From Octopus sinensis (Eukaryota): a stretch of 64,000 bases of DNA. Under the pieces are notes generated by a model that did no database searches, was not told the DNA's origin, and was given only the letters and a program-made list of their open reading frames with translations. The stretch is taken from the NCBI RefSeq assembly GCF_006345805.1, contig NC_043001.1:66712001-66776000 (forward strand). Direction: 5' to 3'. Made by a program: the position numbers and the translations under genes. Below are positions 28,632-40,728 of this stretch, in pieces. Numbering within the stretch: the stretch's first letter is position 1; every line of letters starts with the position of its first letter.

Positions 28632-29137
28632 GATTTTGATTTTGATTTTTCCAGTTTCAGCTCATGAGCTGTGGCCATGCTGGGGCACCGCCATTTGGTT
28701 TGCTACATGATTTTACCTCACAAATGCTTTTTAGCAACTGCCATTTGGTGCATGAGAGAGTTCGATGCAGCTGCCCTCATCTGCACCTCCTGCCGTGAAG
28801 TTGGTTCATCCGGGACACCTGACAGGAAGAGATCCAGTCCTACTTTAAAGACATCCGCATCTACACCATGCAGGTCCCTCAGGTTCTTCGGGAGGATATT
28901 GAAGAGCTGTGGGCCTCTGAAGCCCAGGCTATCACAGTATCTTGTCCTACATATTGATGGCAAATTTGGAGTCCTTGGTACCACGCAGTGGCGCCCGTTT
29001 CTGGCATTTGTGTGACTCTCGATGCCAAAGTTTGGGACAAGTCATTCCAGGATCTTCCAGATATATATTATGGCATATCTTTCTCGCCTACGCTCCAAGG
29101 AATAGAGTTTTAATCTCTTGAGTCTTTCCCAGTAGCT
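28632..29137 (-). mobile_element. 5'-truncated 3' end (~500 bp) of the CR1-group LINE
   Basis: Closely similar to 29871-30380; (AAAATC)n tail. Confidence 0.92.
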
Positions 29138-29215
29138 TATATATATATGTATATATATATGTATATATATGTATATATATATATATGTATATATATGTAT
29201 ATACGTATATGTATG

Positions 29216-29252
<37 letters not shown>

Positions 29253-29331
29253 GTATGTATATATATATGTATGTATGTATATATATATGTATATATGTAT
29301 ATATGTATATATATATGTATATATATATGTA

Positions 29332-29365
<34 letters not shown>

Positions 29366-29381
29366 TATGTATATATATATG

Positions 29382-29413
<32 letters not shown>

Positions 29414-29870
29414 TATGTATATATGTATGTATATGTATATATGTATGTATATGTATATATGTATGTATATAAAAATATATATGTATGTATTTATATGTAT
29501 ATATATATGTATATATGTATGTATTTATATATATGTATGTGTATGTGTATATATATATATATGTATGTGTATGTATATATATATGTATGTATATATATAT
29601 GTATATATATGTGTATGTGTATGTATATATATATGTATGTGTATGTATATATATATATATATATGTATGTGTATGTATATATATATGTATGTGTATGTAT
29701 ATATATATGTATGTGTATGTATATATATATGTATGTGTATGTATATATATATATGTATGTATATATATATATGTATGTGTACGTATATATATATACGTAT
29801 GTATATATATATATATATGTATGTGTATGTATATATGTATGTGTATGTATATATATATATGTATGTGTAT

Positions 29871-32800
29871 GATTTTGATTTTGATTTTGATTTTTCTAGT
29901 TTCAGCTAATGAGCTGTGGCCATGCTGGGGCACCGCCATTTGGTTTGCTACACGATTTTACCTCACGGATGCTTTTTAGCAAACGCCATCTGATGCATGA
30001 GAGAGTTCGATGCAGCTGCCCTCATCTGCACCTCCTGCCGTGAAGTTGGTTCATCCGGGACACCTGACAGGAAGAGATCCAGTCCTACTTTAAAGACATC
30101 CACATCTACACCATGCAGGTCCCTCAGGTTCTTCGGGAGGATATTGAAGAGCTGTTGGCCTCTGAAGCCCAGGCTATCACAATTTCTTGTCCTACATCTT
30201 GATGGCAAATTTGGAGTCCTTGGTACTACGCAGTGGCGTCCGGTTCTGGCATTTGTGTGACTCTCGATGCCAAAGTCTGGGACAAGTCCTTCCAGGATCT
30301 TCCAGATATATATTATGGCATATCTTTCTCGCCTACGCTCCAGGGAATAGAGCTTTAATCTCTTGAGTCTTTCTCAGTAGCTCATATGCTGCACAGAGGC
30401 TATCTTCTTCGTGTAGCTTCGTTGGATCGCCTCAAGTTCTGTGATCAACTTGACACTGGATTGTGACCATAGCTGAGAGCAATAGTCAAAGTGGCTTAGG
30501 ACAAGTGTCTTCCAGAGGACCATCATGGTTTCTTGTTCTCTTGTTCTAAAGGTTCTAAGAATCCATCCAGCCACCCGTCTACATTTCATTGTCAGTTTAG
30601 CAACATGTACATGAAAGGTCGCGTCATCACTCATGTGAATACCCAGGTCACGCACTGATTGTGCCTCTGGGATTGCAATCCCTCCGGGTCCAGTGTATTC
30701 ATTGGGTATTGCATTTAGTTTTGCATGCTGATAGTATAAAGCTTGAAACTTTTCAGCATTGAACTGCATGCTATTCTTTTCAGCCCACTTGTATATTTCG
30801 TCTAGCTCACATTGCAGGTGCTTAGTGTCTTCAGGGTTCTGTATTGCCTGTGAAACTTTTGTATCATCTGCATAACTTGTGATCGTGGCTCTCTGCGTGG
30901 CTGAGGGCATGTCTGAGAGGGCCATTATGAACAGTAGTGGTCCCAAAACAGTGCCCTGCGGAACACCACTCACTATTTGCATGTTAATGGAAGTGGCTGC
31001 TACCACCTGACTTCTATTTTCCAACTATGCCAAGATCACGCAGTTTGTGACATATCATTCCATGATCGACTTTATCAAAGGCCTTTGCAAAGTCGAGATA
31101 TATGACTTCCACATTTGAGTGGTTGAGCAGTTGTTTCAGCACCCAGTCATAGTGTTGTAGGAGCTGAGTTAAGCAGCTTCTTCCTGGTCGGAAACCATGT
31201 TGGGTGTCAGGTATCAAGTCATTTTCTTCAAGGAAGGTGATTAGTTTCCTTCTGACTATTCGTTCCATGACCTTGCTGATGTGTGAGGTCAGAGAGATAG
31301 GTCTGTAGTTCTTGGCCTCCGCTCTGCTACCTCCTTTATGAATTTGGGCATATTTTACCTTCCTTCAGTTTTCTTGGAAGTTTGCCAGCTGCAAGGAAGC
31401 TCTGAAAGAGGAACTGCAGTGGTCTTGTTAGGACTCTCTTACATACTTTTAGGAGGATTGCCAGGAATCCATCGGGGCCAATAGCTGAGTCTGTTTTCAT
31501 TTCATCTATAGCCTTTATTGCATCGTCTTCCTTTATATCGATGTAATTTATCGTCGCCACCTCTGATTTATATCTGCAGTGGTAAAGAAGTCAGTTGGAT
31601 TGCTGATTTGGAAATGCCCAAGGGGTGGAGTGAAAACACTCTTGAATTGCTCATTCAGTATTTCACGTACCCTCATTGGTTTTCCTGTGAGTGTGCCATC
31701 CTTTTCAAGGAGTGGCCCTATCCTACAGTGCACCGTAGCTGTTTCTTTGGCATACCTGTAGAAAGCTCTGGGGTTAGTTTTTATGTTGTCTATAGCCCAG
31801 GCTTCTTTGTCTGCTCTTTCCTTTTCATGGGAGAGTCTCAGACATTTTTCAATTTCCAACAGTTTTATTTTCAGGCGGGACTTTTCACTGCTTTCAATTT
31901 GTTTTTTTAGGCGATTTGAAATTTTTGTACGCCGTCTCATTAAAATTTTCCTCTCTCTGGAGATTTTGTTCTTGTGTACAGTGGCCTTTCTCTCTGGGAC
32001 ACATTTGTAGCATATGGCTTGCATTACAGACATGAATTGTTGAAGTTTCATGCATTACAGACATGAATTGTTGAAGTTTCATGTCGATGTCCGGCGAGGA
32101 GAGACATTCAAGCCAGTTTTGTTTGAGGATCTCTTTCTCAATTTGTTTCCAGTTTGCCTTATTGAAGTTCAAGCTGGAAAGATTCTGAGAGCTTCTTGTA
32201 GGCTGCATGTCCATGTTTTTCTTTGGCCCGTACATAGTCAGCTCTACCATGTTGTGATCCGAGAGTAGTGTCGGTGTCACTTTCACATTATGGATGAGAT
32301 CCATATTATTTGTGAAGCAGAGGTCCAGTGTGTTACCTGCCCTGGTTGGTTGGAGTATTACTTGCTCCATGTTGATGAGGTTCAGGAGGGACTTCACCTG
32401 TCCCTGTTCACCTCGTGTCATTCCTGGGAGAGAAAGGCCCTCGGGCCATCTGACATTGGGTAGGTTGAAGTCTCCCATGAGAAGTACACTTATGTGCTGT
32501 TCTAGTGTGACTAGAACTTCTATTTTTATAAGGCAGTCTTCAAACTTGCCCATATGGCTTGGGGCATCTGGAGGGCGATATGTAGCACACACAACTACAC
32601 CAAGTTGCCTTACATGTACAATTAGTGTGTCACACCCCGAGTTTGAGTATGACAAAAGGACCTGGGGTGTGAGGTCCTCACGGATGTACATAGCAACTCC
32701 TCCATGACTCCTTTCTTTTCTGTCGGTCCGTAGTACAACATACTGTGGTATGTGTAATTCCGCATCCGCTATGTCCGGTTTCAGGTGTGTTTCCGTAAGT

Positions 32801-33536
32801 GCTATGCATAAGGCTTGATTGCATGCAACAAAGTCTCTCAAGAACGGGACTTTTGTCCTGTTACTGTGTGTTAGTAGTCCTCTGATGTTCAGTAGGAGCA
32901 TTGAGGTGAGGTGTATACTGTTGCCGGTGGTGTCCACCTTGGGTCTATTTGCTGTGGTGGTCTTGTGAACTGTGGGTAGTCCCATCTGCGAGCTTGCGTT
33001 TGATGGAGCCAGGTTAGCTGCTGTAAATCTTTTGTGCCATGCACAAAAAAGATTCTTGCTCAGCAGCTGCCCTTTCAACAACACGTTGGCGGTTTGTGGC
33101 ACGCACCACATCTGCGTACAACCGTTTTGGGGCAGGTGGTGCGTGGTCCATCCCTTTTCCTTTCGGTGGTTGGTTTCTGCGGTAGGGTCCTGGATGTGCA
33201 AAACGGCAACCTGCACCTTCCTCTCCATGCCGGCAGGCACCTCTCAGGTAGAACCTACATACCCGTGTGCGCTGCTTGTTTCCATCCTTTTTGGCATATG
33301 GATAGTTAGGTTTGCTTCTATCCTTGGCTGTTTCGTTTTTTGGTTTTGCCTGAGTTTTAGTTTTAGTTTTTCCTCCTTTTTTGGTTCTTTCATCTCCATG
33401 TCCATGGCTTTTGGTGCAGGTAGGAGCACCCGCACTTGGGTTTACCTCCCGGGCAGGTTTCTCACTGGAGTTTTCTTCCTGGGCGTCTACCAGGTGGGGG
33501 TGACCTTTTTCATCAGCGCCCGCGTCTCCATCCTGT
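29871..33536 (-). mobile_element. CR1-group LINE, 5'-truncated in ORF1. ORF1 has a CCCH zinc finger; ORF2 (APE + RT) is frameshifted
   Basis: ORF1 'CRFYLRGACRHGEEGAGCRFAH'. APE 'LNIRGL','LTETHL','YRPP','GDFN','LDLCF','SDH'. RT 'YLDFAKAFDKVDH','SGVPQGTVLGPLLF','YADDT'. (AAAATC)n tail. 31-bp tandem duplication at 32021-32082. Confidence 0.95.
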
Positions 33537-33600
33537 ATGTATGTATATATATATATGTATGTGTATGTATATATATATATGTATGTGTATGTATATATAT

Positions 33601-33748
33601 AACGGTAAGCTTTATGAAAATAGACAAAAGACGAAGGCAGGTTTACGGAAATAAACAAAAGACGAAGGCAGGTGGAATACAAACAAACAATTGTATTAGT
33701 ATGGTGCTCAGGAAATATAAATGAAACAAGTCTTTAACGTTTCGAGCC

Positions 33749-33750
<2 letters not shown>
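33601..33750 (-). mobile_element. Penelope-type terminal (pLTR) fragment starting in the 3' half of a hammerhead-like motif
   Basis: Minus strand TAGGCTC-GAAA-CGT-T-AAAGAC..., flanked by TA repeats; a decayed relative lies at 44700-44830 (+). Confidence 0.55.
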
Positions 33751-33822
<72 letters not shown>

Positions 33823-33948
33823 GTATGTATATATATATATATGTATGTGTATGTATATATATATATGTATGTGTATGTATATATATATATGTATGTGTAT
33901 GTATATATATATATGTATGTGTATGTATATATATATATGTATGTGTAT

Positions 33949-33980
<32 letters not shown>

Positions 33981-34089
33981 ATATATATATATGTATGTGT
34001 ATGTGTATATATATATATATGTATGTGTATGTGTATATATATACATATGTATGCGTATGTATATATATATATATATATGTATGCGTATG

Positions 34090-34122
<33 letters not shown>

Positions 34123-34315
34123 ATATATATGTATGTGTATATATATACATATGTATGTGTATATATATACATATGTATGTGTATGTATATATATATATAT
34201 ATGTATATATGTGTATGTATATATGTATATATATATATATGTATGTATATATGTGTATGTATATATGTATATATATATATGTATGTATATATGTATGTAT
34301 GTATGTATATATATA

Positions 34316-34352
<37 letters not shown>
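33751..34352. repeat. (TA)n/(TATG)n compound microsatellite
   Basis: Direct inspection. Confidence 0.95.
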
Positions 34353-34354
<2 letters not shown>

Positions 34355-35630
34355 TAAGAAAGTTTGTTTGGTAAAGCACGTGGGTGAATATATAAGAAAA
34401 TAGTAAAGTGTGAAAAAACGACAGAAGGCTTAAATGTTAAAAAATATATATATTTGTGTCAAAATGTCTGGAGAATATTGGAAAAATTTTTTTCCTTTCC
34501 TTAAAATGACATAATTTTAAAATTTTTAAAGAAATTACCGGTTTCGCGTGTAGCTTTTCAAATTTCTTGTGACGTTATGTTTATATTGTATGGAATTATC
34601 GTTGTTTTTATTTCCAGGAGATTTCTAAATAAGGGGAGGTAGTGAGTGATTTTTTCCGGTGTAGGGGAGATAATCGCTTAAAAAATTTTTTTTCCCATTT
34701 CCTTGTTAATTTCTCTGTGTCAGTATGTTCGGATGGTTGAGTCTGGGTTTGTACTTTTCAATGAAGAATGTTTCCTTGTTCAGTCTCATTTGTGTTGATG
34801 ATCCGAAAGCACATTGGTAAAATGGGAAGATTAAAAATTGTGGCAGTAGTTGCTTTGCGCATTTCTCGATGTGCTCACTAAAAGGTATCATTCTATATTC
34901 TGGGAATGCAATCTGTTGTCGATGCAGTGTGCATCTGCGCCTGAGTGATAGTCCCGTGGAACCCACGTAGTCTTGGTGGCAGCCCGAGCATTTAATAACA
35001 TAAATTATGTTTTCAGAGGCACAAGTAAAGTTAGATTTGATCTTAAATTTCTGTCCCTCTTTAAAGAAGAATTCTGATCCTTCCAATAGGTTAGGACATG
35101 TTGCACAGTTCGATCTACCACATTTTTTAACTTTGCATCCGTAATTTTAGAAGACAATTTTGCCTTTGTGAGAATCTTTTTAAGTGATTTAGGCTGTTTG
35201 TAGCTTTTAATGATTTGGTGTATGTTTAGAATTTCCTTTAATTTTGGGGTTTTATGAAGTATTGGTAAATTCTGGGTGATGATGGTGAAGGCTTCTTTGT
35301 TTCTGGGGTTGTATGTAGATATGTAAGGTAGTATTTTCGGGGAAGGTGTGTTGTTGTGTTGAACTTTTCTTAAAGTTTCTATGTTGATTTCTGTTGCACG
35401 TCTGATCCCATCCTCTATGAGTTGAGCTGGGTAATGTCTGTCAATCAGGGTGTTTTTGAGTTCTTGCAGTCTAAAGTTCCTGGTATTTTGTTCTGACACT
35501 ATTGTGCATATCCTTCTTGCAAGGTTGAAGGGGATGTTTGTTTTAGTGTGTCTTGGGTGGCATGAATTAAAAAGAAGGTATTGTTTGGCGTCTGTGGCTT
35601 TGTAAAAAATGTCTGTTTCTATTTTAAGGT
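34353..35630 (-). mobile_element. 5'-truncated Penelope-like element (RT thumb, linker, GIY-YIG endonuclease, 3'UTR)
   Basis: 'IETDIFYKATDAKQYLLFNSCHPRHTKTNIPFNLARRICTIVSE' (PLE thumb), then 'FTCASENIIYVIKCSGCHQDYVGSTG..LRRRCTLHR...KETFFI...P.LN' (GIY-YIG); one frameshift near 35115. Confidence 0.93.
34529..34568 (-). ncRNA. Minimal type I hammerhead-like motif (variant core) in the Penelope 3' terminus
   Basis: AAGAAAU-UUGAAAA-GC(UACAC)GC-GAA-ACCGGU-A-AUUUCUU: 7-bp stem I and palindromic stem III; core deviates from CUGANGA. Confidence 0.6.
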
Positions 35631-36511
35631 TAATTTTTCATACTTTTCCTCCTAATCATATTCAAAGACACTATCCCTTAGTGAGGAGTACACTTAACTT
35701 CCTTTATCTTTTACTGAGGTAATTTTTTATCATCAACAATTCAGAGTCTGTCTGTTTTTAATTTAGATAAAGAAAAAATTTTAACTAATTTGAAATATAA
35801 CCAACATAGACATACACAAATATCAGCATCATCATCATCAGTTAGCATCAGTTTTCCATGCTGGCATGGGTTAGATGGTAAGCTAGGGAGCAGTGCCAGG
35901 TCCAGTCTGTTTTGGCTTCATTCCTACAGCTGGATGCCCTCCCTAATGCCACTCAATCCATGGAGCACAAGTGCCTGTAATGTGTCACTGGCATGGGTGC
36001 CTTTCACATGTCATTGGCACCTCACATGTGTCACTAGCATGGGTGCCTCGCACATGTCACTAGCATGAGAGCTTCACGTTTCACCAGCACAGGTGCCTTT
36101 CATGTTTCACCAGCACTGGCCATGACTATAATTCTACATATTTATACATCCACAACCTTGTCACCCCCACCAAAAAAGCACTACAACCCTAGATTTACTA
36201 ATACTAATTAGGTTCTGACTGAAAGTAGTTGTACTTTAAATTAAACTTTTTTATTTGCAAATCCCGAATCTCTGATAATCAGAACATAAATATCTAAGGT
36301 CCACTGAGAAGAAAAAAGTTTACTCTGGAAAAAAAAGAAGAGGGTCTAATCTAATGGAAGAGTTTTGATCACATTAATGGATTAGTGTTATGGTTGAATT
36401 AAACTAATAGACAACACAACATCCATTACTAAGAATCAGTCATTCAATTAATTATTCCTACACAGACAAGCACTTTCTTCATTCTGCCTCTTTCAACACT
36501 ACTACAACACA

Positions 36512-36523
<12 letters not shown>
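35631..36523. repeat. Left arm of an ~890-bp near-identical inverted duplication
   Basis: Reverse complement of ~37300-38187; the same 92-aa ORF appears on both strands. Confidence 0.95.
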
Positions 36524-36544
<21 letters not shown>

Positions 36545-37299
36545 AGATCTAAATATTGTCTTGCAGACTTACCTCTCTTTACCTATGCATTTAGAGGAAA
36601 CTCCCTCCTCCCCAATCTGTTTACTGCCTTGTTGGTATGTCTTGTTTATGTTGTTACTGAGAACAGCTGAAACTAGCAATTGTGGTTGGAAATGGTAGTG
36701 GTGGTGGTGGCAGCAGCAGCAGCATCGTTGTTGTCATCAGTGAAGGTGATGGGTGGTAGTTGATGATATTGTGGGCGGGTTGGTGGTGTGTCAGGATGGA
36801 GTATTGTGATGGCTGTAGGTGGTAGCTGTGAAGAATCTGTGGGTAGAAATGGTGTGGTTGGTAAGGGTGGTGGTGCTGTGTCATGGGGATGTATTTGTGG
36901 GTGATGGTGGTGGTGGTGTGTAGTGATGGAGAGAGTGAACATTATCTGTTTAGATGACTCAAGCAGTTTCCCAGCAAAAAAAAAGCAGGAAAAAGAAGAC
37001 TTCAAAGTTTTACTATTATTGTATGTAAACAGCAACAGTTAAAATGAGAGAGGAGCCTCTACATGTTTAACTGACCTGCTAGAAATAACAGGTAAATATC
37101 ACTCCCATCAACTGTGTGGGTGAAAGCATTGCTGTGAGGTTAAAAGGTTTGTATTGCAACCATATGCTTTGGAGATCAATCCCACTGCATGGTACTTTGG
37201 GCAAGGTTGACCAGAGAGCCTTGTGAGCGAAATTTGGTGGACAGAAACGCAGAGAGAGAGAGAGAGAGTGAGTGAGAGAGAGAGAGTGAGTGAGAGAGA

Positions 37300-38187
37300 G
37301 AGAGAGAGTGTGTTGTAGTAGTGTTGAAAGAGGCAGAATGAAGAAAGTGCTTGTCTGTGTAGGAATAATTAATTGAATGACTGATTCTTAGTAATGGATG
37401 TTGTGTTGTCTATTAGTTTAATTCAACCATAACACTAATCCATTAATGTGATCAAAACTCTTCCATTAGATTAGACCCTCTTCTTTTTTTTCCAGAGTAA
37501 ACTTTTTCTTCTCAGTGGACCTTAGATATTTATGTTCTGATTATCAGAGATTCGGGATTGCAAATAAAAAAGTTTAATTTAAAGTACAACTACTTTCAGT
37601 CAGAACCTAATTAGTATTAGTAAATCTAGGGTTGTAGTGCTTTTTTGGTGGGGGTGACAAGGTTGTGGATGTATAAATATGTAGAATTATAGTCATGGCC
37701 AGTGCTGGTGAAACATGAAAGGCACCTGTGCTGGTGAAACGTGAAGCTCTCATGCTAGTGACATGTGCGAGGCACCCATGCTAGTGACACATGTGAGGTG
37801 CCAATGACATGTGAAAGGCACCCATGCCAGTGACACATTACAGGCACTTGTGCTCCATGGATTGAGTGGCATTAGGGAGGGCATCCAGCTGTAGGAATGA
37901 AGCCAAAACAGACTGGACCTGGCACTGCTCCCTAGCTTACCATCTAACCCATGCCAGCATGGAAAACTGATGCTAACTGATGATGATGATGCTGATATTT
38001 GTGTATGTCTATGTTGGTTATATTTCAAATTAGTTAAAATTTTTTCTTTATCTAAATTAAAAACAGACAGACTCTGAATTGTTGATGATAAAAAATTACC
38101 TCAGTAAAAGATAAAGGAAGTTAAGTGTACTCCTCACTAAGGGATAGTGTCTTTGAATATGATTAGGAGGAAAAGTATGAAAAATTA
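37300..38187. repeat. Right arm of the ~890-bp inverted duplication
   Basis: Reverse complement of 35631-36523; one 1-bp indel seen (~36260 vs ~37558). Confidence 0.95.
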
Positions 38188-38576
38188 TATTTATTGCTCT
38201 TAATTTCAAACTCCCACATCATTCCAACTCAATACACCTTACCCCCACAGACACATGGTGAAATCTGCAAGGAAATTGGTGATTGTTTGTGTTGGCACCA
38301 GTTAGTCGACAGAAGAGTTTATATTATTCCCTCCTCAAAGTGATTGAACTTAAGCTCTTCTCTTATCTTTTGGGATCTTGTCCTTGGACTGGGAGTGAGT
38401 GTCAGAAAGAAAGAAAGAAAGAGTTAAGATTCAGAATCCAAGGAATCCTGTACAGGTCAGTAACAAGTTATTGAATGGAAATAGTAATAAAAATAAATAT
38501 GTAATTGCTGTGAGAAAAGAAATTGACAAATGTTCTGAATGTAGAGGAGAGAGAATAGAAAAGACAAACACATCTG

Positions 38577-38722
38577 TATTACTCTTTTACTCTTTTACTT
38601 GTCTCAGTCATTTGACTGCGGCCATGCTGGAGCACCGCCTTTAGTCAAGCAACTCGACCCCGGGACTTATTCTTTTTGTAAGCCCAGTACTTATTCTATC
38701 GGTCTCTTTTTGCCGAACCGCT
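38577..38722 (-). mobile_element. 3' part of SINE family B
   Basis: Reverse complement of ~26415-26555. Confidence 0.85.
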
Positions 38723-39984
38723 ATTGTCATACAAGAATCATAGTAATAATGAATGAAGTGAGTAGGTAGGTGAGTAGGTATGTGGTTTGTGAGTAGAGGG
38801 GTATAGAGACTGATAATAGGTAGAAGTTTAAGATACAGGCAAAATGATTTATAAGCAGTGTGTATGAGTATTTTAGTCATAAGTTAGCACGTATGTGTGG
38901 AGGGTGGGCATATGAGTAGGTGGGATGTATAGTATGAATCTGTGTGTCAGTGTGCATTGAGGGGGAGGACTAGTGAAAGGAGATGGGTGGTAATTAAAGG
39001 AGAACATAGACAGTTGTTGATGCCCATGTTAGAGGAAATGGAAAAGAAATCATAGCAGATTAGTTCATGATGTTTGAGTGAAGCCAGAATAGAAAATGGG
39101 AGTGGTGGCCTGTGAAGTTGAAATGGTGAGCTACAGAGTTATAGGGGCTGAGGGTGTTGTGATAAATATCATGCAAGAACTCTTTGAAGCAATCTGACAA
39201 ACCTTAACCAGTTTCAACTATGTATTGAGAGAGAGCTGTAAAGAGCTGACAGTTGATGTAGTATATGTCATTGAGGAACAAATGGAGTGGATTTGGAGCT
39301 GCTCAAAGTTGTTAAAATTGAAAGGATATGTATTACATAATGTGAGTGGCAGCAGGAGAAATCAAAGTGGCAGTGGGAGTCTGGAATTTTAAAATATTTG
39401 TGGCCAAGTTTAGCGAAGTAAATGAAACTGAAAATGTCTATAGCTATCTATGGTTTTTAGGTACATATAACTGCAGGATTGATTATAAAAACAAATCATT
39501 CCAAGAAAATACAAAAATATGTTTGGGTATCCTAAATAAGTGAAACAAATTTGTAAATGCTTAAAAGTCACTTATCAAATATCATTACTACAGATTTCTA
39601 AGGTGGTGAGCTGGCAGAATTGTTAGCTAGCTGGGTAAATGCTTAATGGCATTTTGTCCATCCATATGTTCCGAGTTCAAATTCCACCAAGTTCAACTTC
39701 GCCTTTCATCCTTTCGGAGTCAATAAAATAAGAACCAGTTGAACACTGGAGTCGATGCATTTGACTTATCCCCTTCTCTGAAACTGCTGGCTTTGTGCCA
39801 AAATTCGAAGCATTATTAAAGATTTCTCTTTTAATTGCTAAACAGCCTAATTTTTGCACTAGCATCTTAAAAAAGAAAATGTTTCTAATAAACATATATA
39901 TATTTGAAAGTAATTGGAGGTGTCAAGGATGGTGGAAGTAAAGAAGATGGAAAGAGTTAATGAAGGAAATGATCTGTTCCCAGG

Positions 39985-40063
39985 TAAGCAAGGTAGAATT
40001 GATACAGTGATAAGCAAGGTAGAATTGATACAGTGATAAGCAAGGTAGAATTGATACAGTGAT
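39985..40063. repeat. Perfect 26-bp tandem triplication TAAGCAAGGTAGAATTGATACAGTGA
   Basis: Three identical units. Confidence 0.95.
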
Positions 40064-40582
40064 GGGGTTGGTGAACAGGGTGGAAATCAGGGTTTCAAGA
40101 TAATCAAAAAATAAACTGGTGTAGTTAGGGCTCATAACCAATTCAGTGGTATATTAATAGAACTCCTGGGGAAAAAGAAGCACTTTGAAGATAAAGAGAA
40201 GTTTGTTGATGTGGAGGAATGCTAGATAACTGAATTTGAGGGGGTTTGCAACAGTCCAGAAAATATCATCACAAAGGAAGGAGGGGATGATAGTTTAGAG
40301 TTATTTAAGGTCCATATATAGTATATTATTAAATTAGCTAGACATACCATATAACCTGCAACCCCCCACCCCTACAAACCACAAATGTTTTTGTTTATTA
40401 TTTAATGTTATTACCTTTTCTATCCTTCCTTCCTTTGTTTTATCAGTGACTGCATGAATCTGGAGAGCATAGGACTGCCTTGCCATATAGAATCTCTCCA
40501 GATTCTAAGTTTAAACCCCACTGAAGTCAACTTTGTTTTTGACCATCTGTATACCTAGGACTACATTATCCTTTCTTTAAGA

Positions 40583-40728
40583 CAGAGGTGGGCAACATTT
40601 ATTGAGAAGTGGGCCTCATGAGACAGAGTTCATCATCAGGCAGGTTACACTACTAGAAAAAGTTCGAGGTAATTTTTCATTAGTGTGCCACTCAGAAAGT
40701 CCCACGGATAGTAATTTGCCCATGACTT
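40583..40728. mobile_element. Possible decayed hAT-type MITE
   Basis: Ends CAGAGGTGGGCAA ... TTGCCCATGACTT resemble CAGGGGTGGGCAA-type TIRs. Confidence 0.35.

Larger units (their letters stand above)
27750..29870. repeat. Compound (TA)n/(TATG)n microsatellite field interrupted by retroelement fragments
   Basis: Blocks at ~27750-27916, 28128-28380, 28495-28631 and 29138-29870. Confidence 0.95.

Noticed and set aside
27694-34403. Many long Y/I/M/C/H/T-rich ORFs
   Set aside because: Translations of (TA)n/(TATG)n repeats that lack stop codons
36654-37035. His/Pro/Thr-rich ORFs
   Set aside because: Degenerate GGT/GAT low-complexity sequence with no splice or homology support
35790-38028. Identical 92-aa ORF on both strands as a duplicated gene
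   Set aside because: It overlaps a decayed RTE 3'UTR within the inverted duplication and has no protein-like features
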